The position numbers and the translations under genes are program-made. A stretch of DNA of 64,000 bases. Source: Minisyncoccota bacterium. GTDB lineage: Bacteria; Patescibacteriota; Minisyncoccia; Phycocordibacterales; CALRHW01. Positions within the stretch are counted from its first letter, which is position 1. Each line of letters begins with the position of its first letter. The stretch spans positions 181,780-245,779 of the forward strand of contig JAXLZT010000001.1 in assembly GCA_046350795.1 (NCBI GenBank), given 5' to 3'. Of the stretch, positions 26,900-35,961 are shown piece after piece. The notes under the pieces are model-generated. The model made no database searches and was not told the origin of the DNA. It worked only from the letters and a program-made list of their open reading frames with translations.

Positions 26900-26905
26900 T
26901 TAGGT

Positions 26906-27532
26906 ATGGAAAATAAGTCAAGTCTTGGAATAGGCAAACCATCAAAGCGACAGGCCGAAATTCTACAATTCATTACGGAATTTAGGAAAAAGAAAGGATA
27001 TGCCCCCTCTCTTGCAGAAATTGCAGACAATTTTAGTGTATCTGTTCCAACTGTCCACCAACACGTCTCTTATCTAAAAAGAAAGAATTTACTTGCAACA
27101 GAGAAAGGTAAGAGGAGATCTATTCAAGCGATGAATATTAACAAAAGCGGCGTGATAGAAATACCGCTCATGGGTCTGATTGCCGCGGGTGGACCGATTG
27201 AGGCAATTCGGGACCCTCGGCCGATAGAAGTACCTCGTAACATGGTTTCTGTTGGCTCAAATTTCTATGCTCTTAAAGTAGCCGGCGCTAGTATGATCGA
27301 GGATGGTATTTTTGATGGCGACATTGTGATCGTAAAAGATCAACCCACGGTGGACGACGGAGAAAAAGCTGTTGCATACTTGCCCGATAAAGATGTGGTC
27401 ACTTTGAAAAGAATTTACCGCGACAAAAACCGAATCAAGTTAGTTCCTGCCAACAAAAGCATGAAGCCCTTTTACGAAACAAATATTGAAATACAAGGAA
27501 AGGTCGTTGGTGTTCTAAGGAAAGAAAATTAA
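26906..27532 (+). CDS. lexA: LexA repressor (wHTH + S24 peptidase)
   Basis: SKRQAEILQFITEFRKKKGYAPSLAEIADNFSVSVPTVHQHVSYLKRKNLL (LexA DNA-binding), VAGASM...KRIY (Ser/Lys dyad region). Confidence 0.85.
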   Translation: MENKSSLGIGKPSKRQAEILQFITEFRKKKGYAPSLAEIADNFSVSVPTVHQHVSYLKRKNLLATEKGKRRSIQAMNINKSGVIEIPLMGLIAAGGPIEAIRDPRPIEVPRNMVSVGSNFYALKVAGASMIEDGIFDGDIVIVKDQPTVDDGEKAVAYLPDKDVVTLKRIYRDKNRIKLVPANKSMKPFYETNIEIQGKVVGVLRKEN

Positions 27533-27544
27533 GTAATCGCTAGT

Positions 27545-29425
27545 ATGGCATCACAAATTCATGAAGAAATAAATAAATATCTATCAGCCAATGTGGGGGC
27601 TAATTTTGAATGCCTTGAAAGCGCATTAATTAGCGCAGTATTAAATACGTCCAAAAAATACAAAATAAAGAACGAAATAATAAATAAGGTAATTTCACTA
27701 GAAAGTTCCGATAGAGAAATTGCCTATAAATGGATAATCGAGAATATAAAAGAGCCGAGTATCGCACATGTTTTGATACTTTATGAGGTTTGTGTTTCTC
27801 CGGAAAATCGTAAGCTTGATGGTGCGTATTTTACTCCTGACAGTATTGTAGATGCTATCGTTGATTTGACGGTTGGGAATATGGTTGGTTCTATTTGTGA
27901 TCCAGCTTGTGGAAGCGGAGCTTTTTTGCTTGGATCACTAAAAAAACTTCTACTAAACAATGCAGGGTCAATAGATGAAGTGCTTTCTAAATATATATGG
28001 GGTATCGACATTAACGGTCAGAATGTTGAGCATTCTAAAAGAATACTTTCACTTTACGCTGTTCTTGAAGGTGTTGATAAAAAACACTTTGATATTGGGA
28101 TTTTTCAAGGTAACAGCTTAAATTTTTCATGGCAGAATACTCCGAGAAAAAAAGCAGAGTTTGATTTTATAGTCGGTAACCCCCCTTATGTCAGAGGTCG
28201 AAATTTAACTCCAAAACTAAAATCCCAGATCAAATCGTGGTCGTCTGCTAATGGTGGTATTGCAGATTTGTATATTCCTTTTTTCGAGATTGGCCTTACT
28301 TGGGCAGCAGATGATGGAAGGATTGGGTATATTACACCAAATACATACTTCTCATCAATTAATGGTCGTGGGGTCAGGAAAATGATCGTAGGTAAAAAAA
28401 TTCTTGAGAAAATTATTGATTTTGATGGATTTCCCGCATTTGAAGGCTTACTCACCTACACCTGTGTCACGATTCTTGATAAAAGCGGTGTGATCGAGCC
28501 GTTAATTGGAATGGCAAACTCCTTTAATCAACTCCAAGATATTCGGCGAATTAAACTTTCCAAAATAAATTATTCAGAACTTGAAAATAATGACTGGTAC
28601 ATACGTCCTCCAGATATAACACGTAACCTGCGAATGATGGAGAGGGTCGGTACACCACTAGACACTTACGTTCCTAAATTTACTACCGGCGTTGCAACCC
28701 TGCGAAATGACCTGTACATTTTTGATGGCCCAATAAAAAATGGATTTCTCTTTGTAGAAAGAGATGGAAAGCTTTTTAGAATTGAGGCAGATGCTACTGT
28801 GCCAATAATTAAACCAAACAAAATAAAGACAGAAGAGCAATTAAAGAAGAACTCGGAAAGAATTCTTTATCCCTATCGCTTCGTGTCTGGTCGTAAAAGA
28901 CCAGAACTTATACCGGAGGCTGAATTTAGTAAAAGTTTTCCAGGAGCTTACTCCTATTTACTACACTATCGAGCCGATTTAGAGAAACGTTCAATGGATA
29001 AGGGATCTGCTTGGTATGCTTTCGGTCGTTCGCAGGCACTTGATGGATTTGGTAAGAAAATTATTTTCCCAATGATGTCAGATCGTCCAGTTTTCTTACA
29101 TGTTACAGACCCAAATACTTTAATATACTGTGGATATGCACTTTATTCTGATTCAGAAGAAAAGACACAGATTTTACTGAAAATATTAAATTCTTCTGTC
29201 TTTTGGAATTATTTAGCGAATACCAGCAAGAATTATGCTAACGGATACAAGTCGCTAGCAAAAAATTATGTTAAAAAGTTTTCAATCCCCAAGTTTTCTA
29301 ATGTAGAAATTAAAAAATTGATGGCAATATCGGGAAATGATCTAGAATATTTCTTGAAAGAAAAATATTCTAACTCTATCGTGTCGCCCCAGATGCGTCA
29401 GGGGGAGCTACAACTTTTTTCCTAA
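27545..29425 (+). CDS. Gamma-class N6-adenine (Eco57I/TaqI-like) DNA methyltransferase, 626 aa
   Basis: Motif X YFTPDSIVDAIV, motif I DPACGSGAFLL, motif IV VGNPPYV in gamma order; long C-terminal TRD-like region. Confidence 0.75.
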   Translation: MASQIHEEINKYLSANVGANFECLESALISAVLNTSKKYKIKNEIINKVISLESSDREIAYKWIIENIKEPSIAHVLILYEVCVSPENRKLDGAYFTPDSIVDAIVDLTVGNMVGSICDPACGSGAFLLGSLKKLLLNNAGSIDEVLSKYIWGIDINGQNVEHSKRILSLYAVLEGVDKKHFDIGIFQGNSLNFSWQNTPRKKAEFDFIVGNPPYVRGRNLTPKLKSQIKSWSSANGGIADLYIPFFEIGLTWAADDGRIGYITPNTYFSSINGRGVRKMIVGKKILEKIIDFDGFPAFEGLLTYTCVTILDKSGVIEPLIGMANSFNQLQDIRRIKLSKINYSELENNDWYIRPPDITRNLRMMERVGTPLDTYVPKFTTGVATLRNDLYIFDGPIKNGFLFVERDGKLFRIEADATVPIIKPNKIKTEEQLKKNSERILYPYRFVSGRKRPELIPEAEFSKSFPGAYSYLLHYRADLEKRSMDKGSAWYAFGRSQALDGFGKKIIFPMMSDRPVFLHVTDPNTLIYCGYALYSDSEEKTQILLKILNSSVFWNYLANTSKNYANGYKSLAKNYVKKFSIPKFSNVEIKKLMAISGNDLEYFLKEKYSNSIVSPQMRQGELQLFS

Positions 29426-30080
29426 AAGCAGCAACGATATTATCAAAAAAGTTCTCTAGCTTTAGTTCTACTTGGCTTGGGAAAACATCCGAGAGTTCCG
29501 GTGGATTAGCATTAAAGTCAATAACACAATACGCAACATTTTCATATTTTGTAAGCTGAGTATCAGCTCGTCGAATTTTAAAGAATAGTTGGTTAGATGC
29601 AGCCTCATAGTTGAATGAGCCAACCGGCCCAACAGGTTTCTTTGTTGGTAAATCAGATAACGGATGCAGATACACCAATCCAACAGAGCAAGTTGGGAAT
29701 TGCTCGTGTATACTCTCAACTTCACCAGCTTTCATTCTAATGTAGTTATTAAAATTCTTGCCGATTGATGTCATCTGACTACGAACGTCCACGATTAATA
29801 CTGGTTCACCTCGCTCATTTAGAACACCAACATCAGCCTCAACTTTCGTGCCTTCGACTTTAAACTTGGCTTCTTTTTCTATTTTAAATCTAAGATCTTC
29901 AATACCGCGTTTACGTAGTTCATTTTCGCAATAATCTTGAAACAATGTAATAAAAGCTTTGCTTCTAACAGCTTTTGTTGGGTCTTTAATGAAAAGATCC
30001 CTCATTTTAATTAGGGTTTTAGTAAGTTCTGTGGTGTCGATAGCTATATTCTTATTTTGCTTCGGTTTTAACTTGGACAT
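29376..30080 (-). CDS. Putative type II restriction endonuclease partner (hypothetical)
   Basis: 234 aa, convergent with and overlapping the MTase 3' end by ~50 bp; no confident PD-(D/E)xK assignment by eye. Confidence 0.35.
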   Translation of the reverse strand: MSKLKPKQNKNIAIDTTELTKTLIKMRDLFIKDPTKAVRSKAFITLFQDYCENELRKRGIEDLRFKIEKEAKFKVEGTKVEADVGVLNERGEPVLIVDVRSQMTSIGKNFNNYIRMKAGEVESIHEQFPTCSVGLVYLHPLSDLPTKKPVGPVGSFNYEAASNQLFFKIRRADTQLTKYENVAYCVIDFNANPPELSDVFPSQVELKLENFFDNIVAAFRKKVVAPPDASGATR

Positions 30081-30081
30081 T

Positions 30082-30171
30082 TGGCGGAGGAGGTGAGATT
30101 CGAACTCACGGGACCCTTACGAGCCCTCTTGTTTTCAAGACAAGTGCATTCGACCACTCTGCCACTCCTCC
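30082..30171 (-). tRNA. tRNA-Ser (anticodon TGA), long variable arm, CCA encoded
   Basis: Acceptor GGAGGAG/CTCCTCC, anticodon loop CTTGAAA, variable arm AGGGCTCGTAAGGGTCCC; 90 nt. Confidence 0.8.
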
Positions 30172-30225
30172 AGAGATTGTCGCGCTTTTGCCCTACGGCC
30201 ACGCGTCAATCGGTCTATATTTATG

Positions 30226-30468
30226 CTATTTCTCTTCTGTTTCAGACACCACTGTATATTTTTTTGCCACGAAATACAAGTATATGATATCCAGTATTCC
30301 AACGGTATTGATTACCAAAATGGCAATAAACCATTTTTTATGCGACAGCTGAGCTGATCGCCAAAGGGCAAGACCTTTCCAAATAATGCTCCACAGCATT
30401 ATGGCAAATGCCAAAGCGGGGTGATTACTAAAGAAAAGCTCTACATTTTTTATATTTTCTACGAGCAT
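30226..30468 (-). CDS. Small two-TM membrane protein
   Basis: 80 aa; LAFAIMLWSIIWKGLALW / WFIAILVINTVGILDIIYLYFV. Confidence 0.45.
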   Translation of the reverse strand: MLVENIKNVELFFSNHPALAFAIMLWSIIWKGLALWRSAQLSHKKWFIAILVINTVGILDIIYLYFVAKKYTVVSETEEK

Positions 30469-30507
30469 GGGAGATATAATAACAAAAAAGTCTGATATAT
30501 TAAAGAT

Positions 30508-30948
30508 ATGAGATATTTAGGTATAGATTTTGGTAGTAAAAGGGTGGGCGTCGCTCTGTCTGATGAAGGCAACTCTTTTGCCTTACCTTTAAAAGTACTT
30601 CCAAATGACAAAAATCTGCTCGATGAGATACAAAAAATTTGTCAGCAAAATGATGTGGGTTGTGTGGTGATGGGGGAGTCAAAGGACTTTAGCGGAAAAG
30701 ATAATCCAATAATGGAGAGAATAAATGATTTTGTGGCACAGCTATCTCTGACGATGCCTGAAGTGCGCATAGAGCTCGAGCCAGAGTTTCTCACGAGTGC
30801 ACAGGCAGAGCGTCTGGGCAATCGCCGGCCAGATAGAGAAGTAGAGAGGACTAGGCAAAAAAAGGGGAAAAACGAAATGCTCGACGCTTCATCGGCGGCG
30901 TTGATTCTGAAAAGTTTTTTAGAAAAGTGTGCGAATGATAAAAAATAA
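30508..30948 (+). CDS. ruvX: YqgF/RuvX putative pre-16S rRNA nuclease (RuvC-like resolvase fold)
   Basis: MRYLGIDFGSKRVGVALSDEG... hallmark N-terminus. Confidence 0.8.
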   Translation: MRYLGIDFGSKRVGVALSDEGNSFALPLKVLPNDKNLLDEIQKICQQNDVGCVVMGESKDFSGKDNPIMERINDFVAQLSLTMPEVRIELEPEFLTSAQAERLGNRRPDREVERTRQKKGKNEMLDASSAALILKSFLEKCANDKK

Positions 30949-30952
30949 AAAT

Positions 30953-31279
30953 ATGATATCAATAGATGATTTTAAAAAAGTAGAAATAAAAGCAGGAAAA
31001 ATTTTGACTGCAGAAAAGGTGCCTGACACAGACAAGCTTGTGCGACTCACTGTGGATTTTGCAGAAGAGACTCCGCGACAAATAGTGTCTGGTATTGCTA
31101 TGCATTTTCCTGATGTCTCGGCGCTCGTGGGAAAGACTTGTACTTTTATTACAAATCTAGAACCTCGCACCATAAAAGGTTTGGAAAGTAACGGAATGAT
31201 ACTTGCTCTGTCGACAGAAAACGCTTTTTCTCTTTTAGAACCTTCTTCTCCTGTGCCACCCGGTACTTCTGCACACTAG
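30953..31279 (+). CDS. tRNA-binding domain protein (CsaA/Trbp111, EMAP-like OB fold)
   Basis: ISIDDFKKVEIKAGKILTAEKVPDTDKLVRLTVDF...GMILAL. Confidence 0.7.
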   Translation: MISIDDFKKVEIKAGKILTAEKVPDTDKLVRLTVDFAEETPRQIVSGIAMHFPDVSALVGKTCTFITNLEPRTIKGLESNGMILALSTENAFSLLEPSSPVPPGTSAH

Positions 31280-31321
31280 TTTGTCTACATACACAAAAGA
31301 ATAGTATATAATTATTCTTAC

Positions 31322-32299
31322 ATGAGTAAGAATTTCTTTGATTTTTTCCCTCCACCAAAGTTTTTAGAAATGCCTGCAGTGGGTTTTTCTATTTCTGATA
31401 CCAGCCTACGCTTTGTAGAGCTTCGCGATCATGAAGGTACTTTTATTCTCGGTGATTATTCACAAAGAATTATTCCGCCGGGTGCGATAGATGCTGGATA
31501 TATCAACAAGCCAGAGCAAGTCATAGAAATGTTGAAGGAGTTGAAGAAGCAATACGGCCTAAAATTTGTAAAAGCTACGCTACCTGAAGAAAAAGCTTTC
31601 GTCTTTCGTACACAGATTCCAACGACTGTCCCAGAAGAAATGCGAAGTGCTGTGGAGTTTACTATAGAGGAAAATGTACCAATGTCTGTGGCTGACGTAG
31701 AGTTTGATTTTACCGTTATACCCCACGAAGCAACAGAAGATGGCCATACAGATGTGGCTGTATGTGTGGTGCCAAAAAAAGTGATAGATGCATATCTAGC
31801 TCTTTTTACAGAAGTAGATCTTACCGTGGTTTCCTTTGAGCTTGAGTCTCAGGCTATCGCACGGTCTATTGTTTCTGTAGGTGATACTGCATCTTATCTG
31901 ATTTTAAATTTAGAGAAAAATAAAACTGGTTTTTATATCGCTACTGCAGGCGCAGTACATTTTACATCCACAATGTCTATCACAGCCGACACTTTGCCAG
32001 AGCTTTCTGAAGAGATTAGTAAAATATATTGGCATGCTCATGGAGAGAAAAAAGAAAAGGGTGGCACGACTATTGTAAAAATTCTTCTTTGCGGAGAGGG
32101 AGCTGTGAAAGATGGTGTAAAAGAATATATTTTCAATAAGCTTGGTATAGAAGTAGAAGTGGCAAACGTTTGGAAAAATGTTTTTGTTCTTGATAAATAT
32201 GTGCCCGATATTACACAAAAAGATTCTTTTGGATTTGCGGCTGCTATTGGCCTTGCTTTTCCTAGCACCGGAAAGATAATTAAAAAAGAAGAAAAATGA
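31322..32299 (+). CDS. pilM: Type IV pilus assembly protein PilM (actin-like ATPase)
   Basis: 325 aa; FFDFFPPPKFLEMPAVGFSISDTSLRFVEL; context with pilN/pilO. Confidence 0.7.
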   Translation: MSKNFFDFFPPPKFLEMPAVGFSISDTSLRFVELRDHEGTFILGDYSQRIIPPGAIDAGYINKPEQVIEMLKELKKQYGLKFVKATLPEEKAFVFRTQIPTTVPEEMRSAVEFTIEENVPMSVADVEFDFTVIPHEATEDGHTDVAVCVVPKKVIDAYLALFTEVDLTVVSFELESQAIARSIVSVGDTASYLILNLEKNKTGFYIATAGAVHFTSTMSITADTLPELSEEISKIYWHAHGEKKEKGGTTIVKILLCGEGAVKDGVKEYIFNKLGIEVEVANVWKNVFVLDKYVPDITQKDSFGFAAAIGLAFPSTGKIIKKEEK

Positions 32300-32832
32300 C
32301 AAATCTTTTACCACAGCCAGAGCAGATGGCAATAAAAAAAGAATACAAATATCGCCGATCAATCGTATTTGTCCTTATGTTTGTATTTACAATGATCGTT
32401 GGTGCGGGATTTCTTTTGCCATCACTTATCCTTTCAAATATTAAATTGAAGACAGTTAGTTTTGAGGCGGAAAAAGCACGCACAGCAAACGAACAAAGAG
32501 TCAAAGACAACGCTTCAGTCTCAACCCTAAAGGAAACAGAGAGCAAGCTCGCTCTTTTAAATACTTCTGGTGTGGGTGGTTCTGTGGTCTCTGTTGTGGA
32601 TCTTATTACAAAAGAAAAAAGTCCAAATATAAGGATAAGAGAAATATCATATGAGGGTGGTGTATCGGGAAAGATTACAATATCTGGGCTTTCAAAAGAC
32701 AGAGAGAGTCTGACGGATTTTTTACACCAGATGCAGGCGATTAGTATTTTTAAGCTCGTAGATTTGCCAGTATCAAATTTTGCAAAAGATAAAGATATTA
32801 GTTTTTCTATGCAAATATCAGGAACATTTTAA
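32296..32832 (+). CDS. pilN: PilN-like pilus assembly protein
   Basis: 178 aa, N-terminal TM, 4-bp overlap with pilM. Confidence 0.55.
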   Translation: MTNLLPQPEQMAIKKEYKYRRSIVFVLMFVFTMIVGAGFLLPSLILSNIKLKTVSFEAEKARTANEQRVKDNASVSTLKETESKLALLNTSGVGGSVVSVVDLITKEKSPNIRIREISYEGGVSGKITISGLSKDRESLTDFLHQMQAISIFKLVDLPVSNFAKDKDISFSMQISGTF

Positions 32833-32836
32833 AAAT

Positions 32837-33457
32837 ATGAAACTTTCTACCAAACAAACATTGATACTGGTTATACTTTTAGTGTTTTTTGTATTGGGTG
32901 GATATTACTTTCTATTTGTATTGATAAAAAATAAGAATGAAAAGGTCTCTCTTTTTTCTCAGGAAATAGATTTGTATTTAGAGCGTGAGTCTATGCGTAG
33001 GACGACAGAAAAGACAGCAGAAGAGCTTAGTGAAAAAATACAAAAGCTTGAATCATACTTCCTTCACAAAGATGAAGTGGTGCCTTTTATAGAAAGCATA
33101 GAGGATGCCGGTGGAAAAAGTGGGGTAGATGTGTCTATTGCGTCTGTTGGGGTGACCGGCGCTCCACAAATAGTAGAATCTACTGGTGTTGGTAGTGGTG
33201 TAGTAGACGAAAAGAAAGATGAAATGCTCGCGCTACGTCTTGATGTGAAAGGGTCTTGGGGTAATGTTATGAACTTTGTTTCATATATAGAAAATCTGCC
33301 TTATAAAGTGTCGGTGGACAGGGTTTTGTTTCATAAAAATTCTTCTGTCGATATGTTTTTTACTGCAGGTGAAAAAAACACCGCATCTATTGGACAAAAA
33401 TCCAGTATTCCTGCTTGGTCGGCAACAATTGAAATGAGCGTTTTAACTTTAAAATAA
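32837..33457 (+). CDS. pilO: PilO-like pilus assembly protein
   Basis: Start MKLSTKQTLILVILLVFFVLGGYYF (TM) right after pilN stop; coiled coil. Confidence 0.5.
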   Translation: MKLSTKQTLILVILLVFFVLGGYYFLFVLIKNKNEKVSLFSQEIDLYLERESMRRTTEKTAEELSEKIQKLESYFLHKDEVVPFIESIEDAGGKSGVDVSIASVGVTGAPQIVESTGVGSGVVDEKKDEMLALRLDVKGSWGNVMNFVSYIENLPYKVSVDRVLFHKNSSVDMFFTAGEKNTASIGQKSSIPAWSATIEMSVLTLK

Positions 33458-33458
33458 A

Positions 33459-33788
33459 ATGAAACTTTCTTTTAATATAAAATCTTTTAAAAATATTTTT
33501 ACCAAAAAGTCTGTGGTAAAAGAGGAGATGTATAACGCAAAGCGCGATTGGAAGTGGTCATTGTTTTTATTTACTGGAATTTCTCTTTTACTCGCATGCT
33601 TCAGTGGTTATTTATTTTTCAAAATAAATAAAGGAGACCTGTTTAATGTAAAAAAGTCTGCTGACGATTCTTTTGAAGTGGTAAATAAAAAGAACCTCGA
33701 TGAAACAGTGGAGAGGTTTGAAGCAAAAAAAGCAAAACTCATCGAGCTAGAGCAGAGGAATAGTATAATGCCGGATCCTTCTATTTAG
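33459..33788 (+). CDS. Hypothetical single-TM protein, last gene of pilMNO operon (PilP-like position)
   Basis: 109 aa. Confidence 0.4.
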   Translation: MKLSFNIKSFKNIFTKKSVVKEEMYNAKRDWKWSLFLFTGISLLLACFSGYLFFKINKGDLFNVKKSADDSFEVVNKKNLDETVERFEAKKAKLIELEQRNSIMPDPSI

Positions 33789-33829
33789 GCTGGATTATTT
33801 GCGCTGATACGGGTAATATGTCAATTATT

Positions 33830-33901
33830 GCCCTTGTAGTTCAATGGATAGAACACCGGACTTCTAAGCCGGTTATGTAGGTTCGATTCCTACCGAGGGC
33901 A
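33830..33901 (+). tRNA. tRNA-Arg (anticodon TCT)
   Basis: Acceptor GCCCTTG/CGAGGGC, anticodon loop CTTCTAA, T-loop TTCGATT. Confidence 0.8.
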
Positions 33902-33929
33902 CAATCAATAGAACGAAAGTATGTTTGGG

Positions 33930-34002
33930 TGCGCGATGAGGGACTCGAACCCCCGACCTTATCAGTGTAAATGATCTGCTCTACCAACTGAGCTAATCGC
34001 GC
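33930..34002 (-). tRNA. tRNA-Val (anticodon TAC)
   Basis: Acceptor GCGCGAT/ATCGCGC, anticodon loop TTTACAC, T-loop TTCGAGT. Confidence 0.75.
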
Positions 34003-34126
34003 ATACTTGAAGCCAAAGCTCCTTTAGTCGTCTAACAATAAACTATTCCTGTCGTTTTTTCAACTTTTTCATAGAGCAGACCTTTTGTGCTATTATGTCT
34101 TTAAATATTAAATAAACACAAAAAAT

Positions 34127-34450
34127 ATGTCAGATCAAATCTCACAAAAGATTCAACAGCTTACGGCTTCACTACGACAAAAGCAGGCAAATGAAACAGC
34201 CCAAGAGAGACATCTAGAAGAGGTAAAAAGAAAGATTGCTGAGATCGAGGCTGAAATAAAAAGGATTGCAGAAGAGGAAAAAAAGCTTCCAAATCTGAAA
34301 AATCAGTTGCGTGCTGCGGAAAATGAAGAAACTAAAATAGAAAGAGATTTGCAGACAGCGGAAAGAGAGGAATCTACAGTAGAAAGAGAGCTCAATGAGC
34401 TTAAGCGTGAACTAGAAAACATGGAACGCGCAAACCGTAATAAAAAATAA
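34127..34450 (+). CDS. Coiled-coil hypothetical protein (Glu/Lys/Arg-rich)
   Basis: 107 aa. Confidence 0.45.
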   Translation: MSDQISQKIQQLTASLRQKQANETAQERHLEEVKRKIAEIEAEIKRIAEEEKKLPNLKNQLRAAENEETKIERDLQTAEREESTVERELNELKRELENMERANRNKK

Positions 34451-34468
34451 TTTAGCGGGAACATTTAA

Positions 34469-35209
34469 ATGGAAATAGAAGTTTTATTCGAAAATAAAAA
34501 TTATTTAATAATAAACAAGCCCGCAGGGCTTGTTGTGCATTATGATGGCAAGACTGTCGAGTCAAACGTCGCTGACTGGGTTTTGAAAAATTATCCGCAG
34601 ACCGCTGACGTGGGCGAGCCACTCAAACTTTCAAATGGTGAAGTCATAAAGCGTCCCGGCATCGTACATCGCATCGATCGTGATACATCTGGCGCACTAG
34701 TCATTGCTCTCAATCAAGAATCTTTTTTGCATCTAAAAGGAATGTTTCAATCTCGCGAAGTACAAAAAACATATCACGCTTTTGTATATGGCATTGTAAA
34801 AAAAGATGATGGTGTGATCGACAGACCGATAGGTAGAAGCCGAAAGGATTTTCGTCTCTGGTCTGCTCAGCGTTTTGCGCGAGGGGAGATGAGGGAAGCT
34901 GTCACTGATTATAGAGTACTTGCGCGCGGGGGTGATGCAGGCGTTGATGCAACTTTCATAGAAGCCAAACCTCATACCGGACGCACGCACCAGATTCGTG
35001 TGCATTTTAAAGCCATAAATCATCCTGTGGTTTGCGACAAGCTCTATGCGCCAAAGCGAGAGCCGCTCCTTGGTTTTGAAAGACTGGCTTTGCACGCTCG
35101 TTCTATAGAGTTTAGGGATACAGACGGCAGTGTCATATCAGCCACCGCACCTTACCCACAGGATTTTGCTCTGGCTGTTGATTTAATTGCAAAAACTAAG
35201 GCTGTATGA
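34469..35209 (+). CDS. RluA-family pseudouridine synthase
   Basis: NKPAGLVVH...HRIDRDTSGALVIA catalytic Asp motif. Confidence 0.8.
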   Translation: MEIEVLFENKNYLIINKPAGLVVHYDGKTVESNVADWVLKNYPQTADVGEPLKLSNGEVIKRPGIVHRIDRDTSGALVIALNQESFLHLKGMFQSREVQKTYHAFVYGIVKKDDGVIDRPIGRSRKDFRLWSAQRFARGEMREAVTDYRVLARGGDAGVDATFIEAKPHTGRTHQIRVHFKAINHPVVCDKLYAPKREPLLGFERLALHARSIEFRDTDGSVISATAPYPQDFALAVDLIAKTKAV

Positions 35210-35225
35210 TACATTAATCGCTACT

Positions 35226-35663
35226 ATGAATAGTCACAAAATGACAGTTTCTCCGGTGGTTGCTGAGCGAAAAAAGCTAGACATCCGCGCAGGAGACACA
35301 GTAAAAGTTTGGCAAAAGATTCAGGAAAAGGGCAAGACACGCTTGCAGCTTTTTGATGGACTTGTGCTTGCTGTAAAGCACGGTAAAGAAGCCGGCGGTA
35401 CTTTTACAGTACGAAAAGTTGCCAGTGGTGTGGGTGTAGAGAAAATTTTCCCTATATACTCTCCAATGATAGATAAGATAGAAGTAGTAAAAAGATCAAA
35501 AGTGCGTCGAGGCAAGCTATATCACATCAGAGATGAGGCAGCAAAAGAGATCAAGCGACAGATGAGAAACACTCGAATGATCAAGCCTCAAGAAGAGGAG
35601 GAAGTAGTAGAAGTGGCGAGTGTGGAGGCAGTAGAAGAAGCTCCAACTACAGCGCAGGCGTAA
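35226..35663 (+). CDS. rplS: 50S ribosomal protein L19 with acidic C-terminal extension
   Basis: RAGDTVKVWQKIQEKGKTRLQLFDGLVLAVKHG...RRGKLYHIRD. Confidence 0.85.
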   Translation: MNSHKMTVSPVVAERKKLDIRAGDTVKVWQKIQEKGKTRLQLFDGLVLAVKHGKEAGGTFTVRKVASGVGVEKIFPIYSPMIDKIEVVKRSKVRRGKLYHIRDEAAKEIKRQMRNTRMIKPQEEEEVVEVASVEAVEEAPTTAQA

Positions 35664-35680
35664 AAAAAAGAAACAGAAGA

Positions 35681-35702
35681 TAAAACAAAAGACGGCCGAG
35701 CG
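35681..35702 (+). terminator. Rho-independent terminator (ACGGC-CGAGC-GCCGT + TTTTTGTTG)
   Basis: Read directly after rplS. Confidence 0.65.
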
Positions 35703-35771
35703 CCGTTTTTTGTTGAAAGTTGGGGGAATTTTAGGTATAGTGTGCAAACAGTTGTTGTTTGGAATTTAAAT

Positions 35772-35856
35772 GCGCAGGTGGCGAAATTGGTAGACGCACT
35801 ACCTTGAGGTGGTAGCGCCTGTTATGGGCTTGGAGGTTCAAATCCTCTCCTGCGCA
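35772..35856 (+). tRNA. tRNA-Leu (anticodon GAG), long variable arm
   Basis: Acceptor GCGCAGG/CCTGCGC, anticodon loop TTGAGGT. Confidence 0.8.
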
Positions 35857-35886
35857 CAGTGCGAAGCGCTCAATGCGCTTAATAAT

Positions 35887-35961
35887 ATGGTGGCTATAGT
35901 TTAGTGGTAAAACTTCGGTTTGTGGAGCCGATATCGAGAGTTCGATTCTCTCTAGCCACCC
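35887..35961 (+). tRNA. tRNA-His (anticodon GTG) with G-1 and C73, CCA encoded
   Basis: G-1 GTGGCTA.../TAGCCAC-C-CCA, anticodon loop TTGTGGA. Confidence 0.8.
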
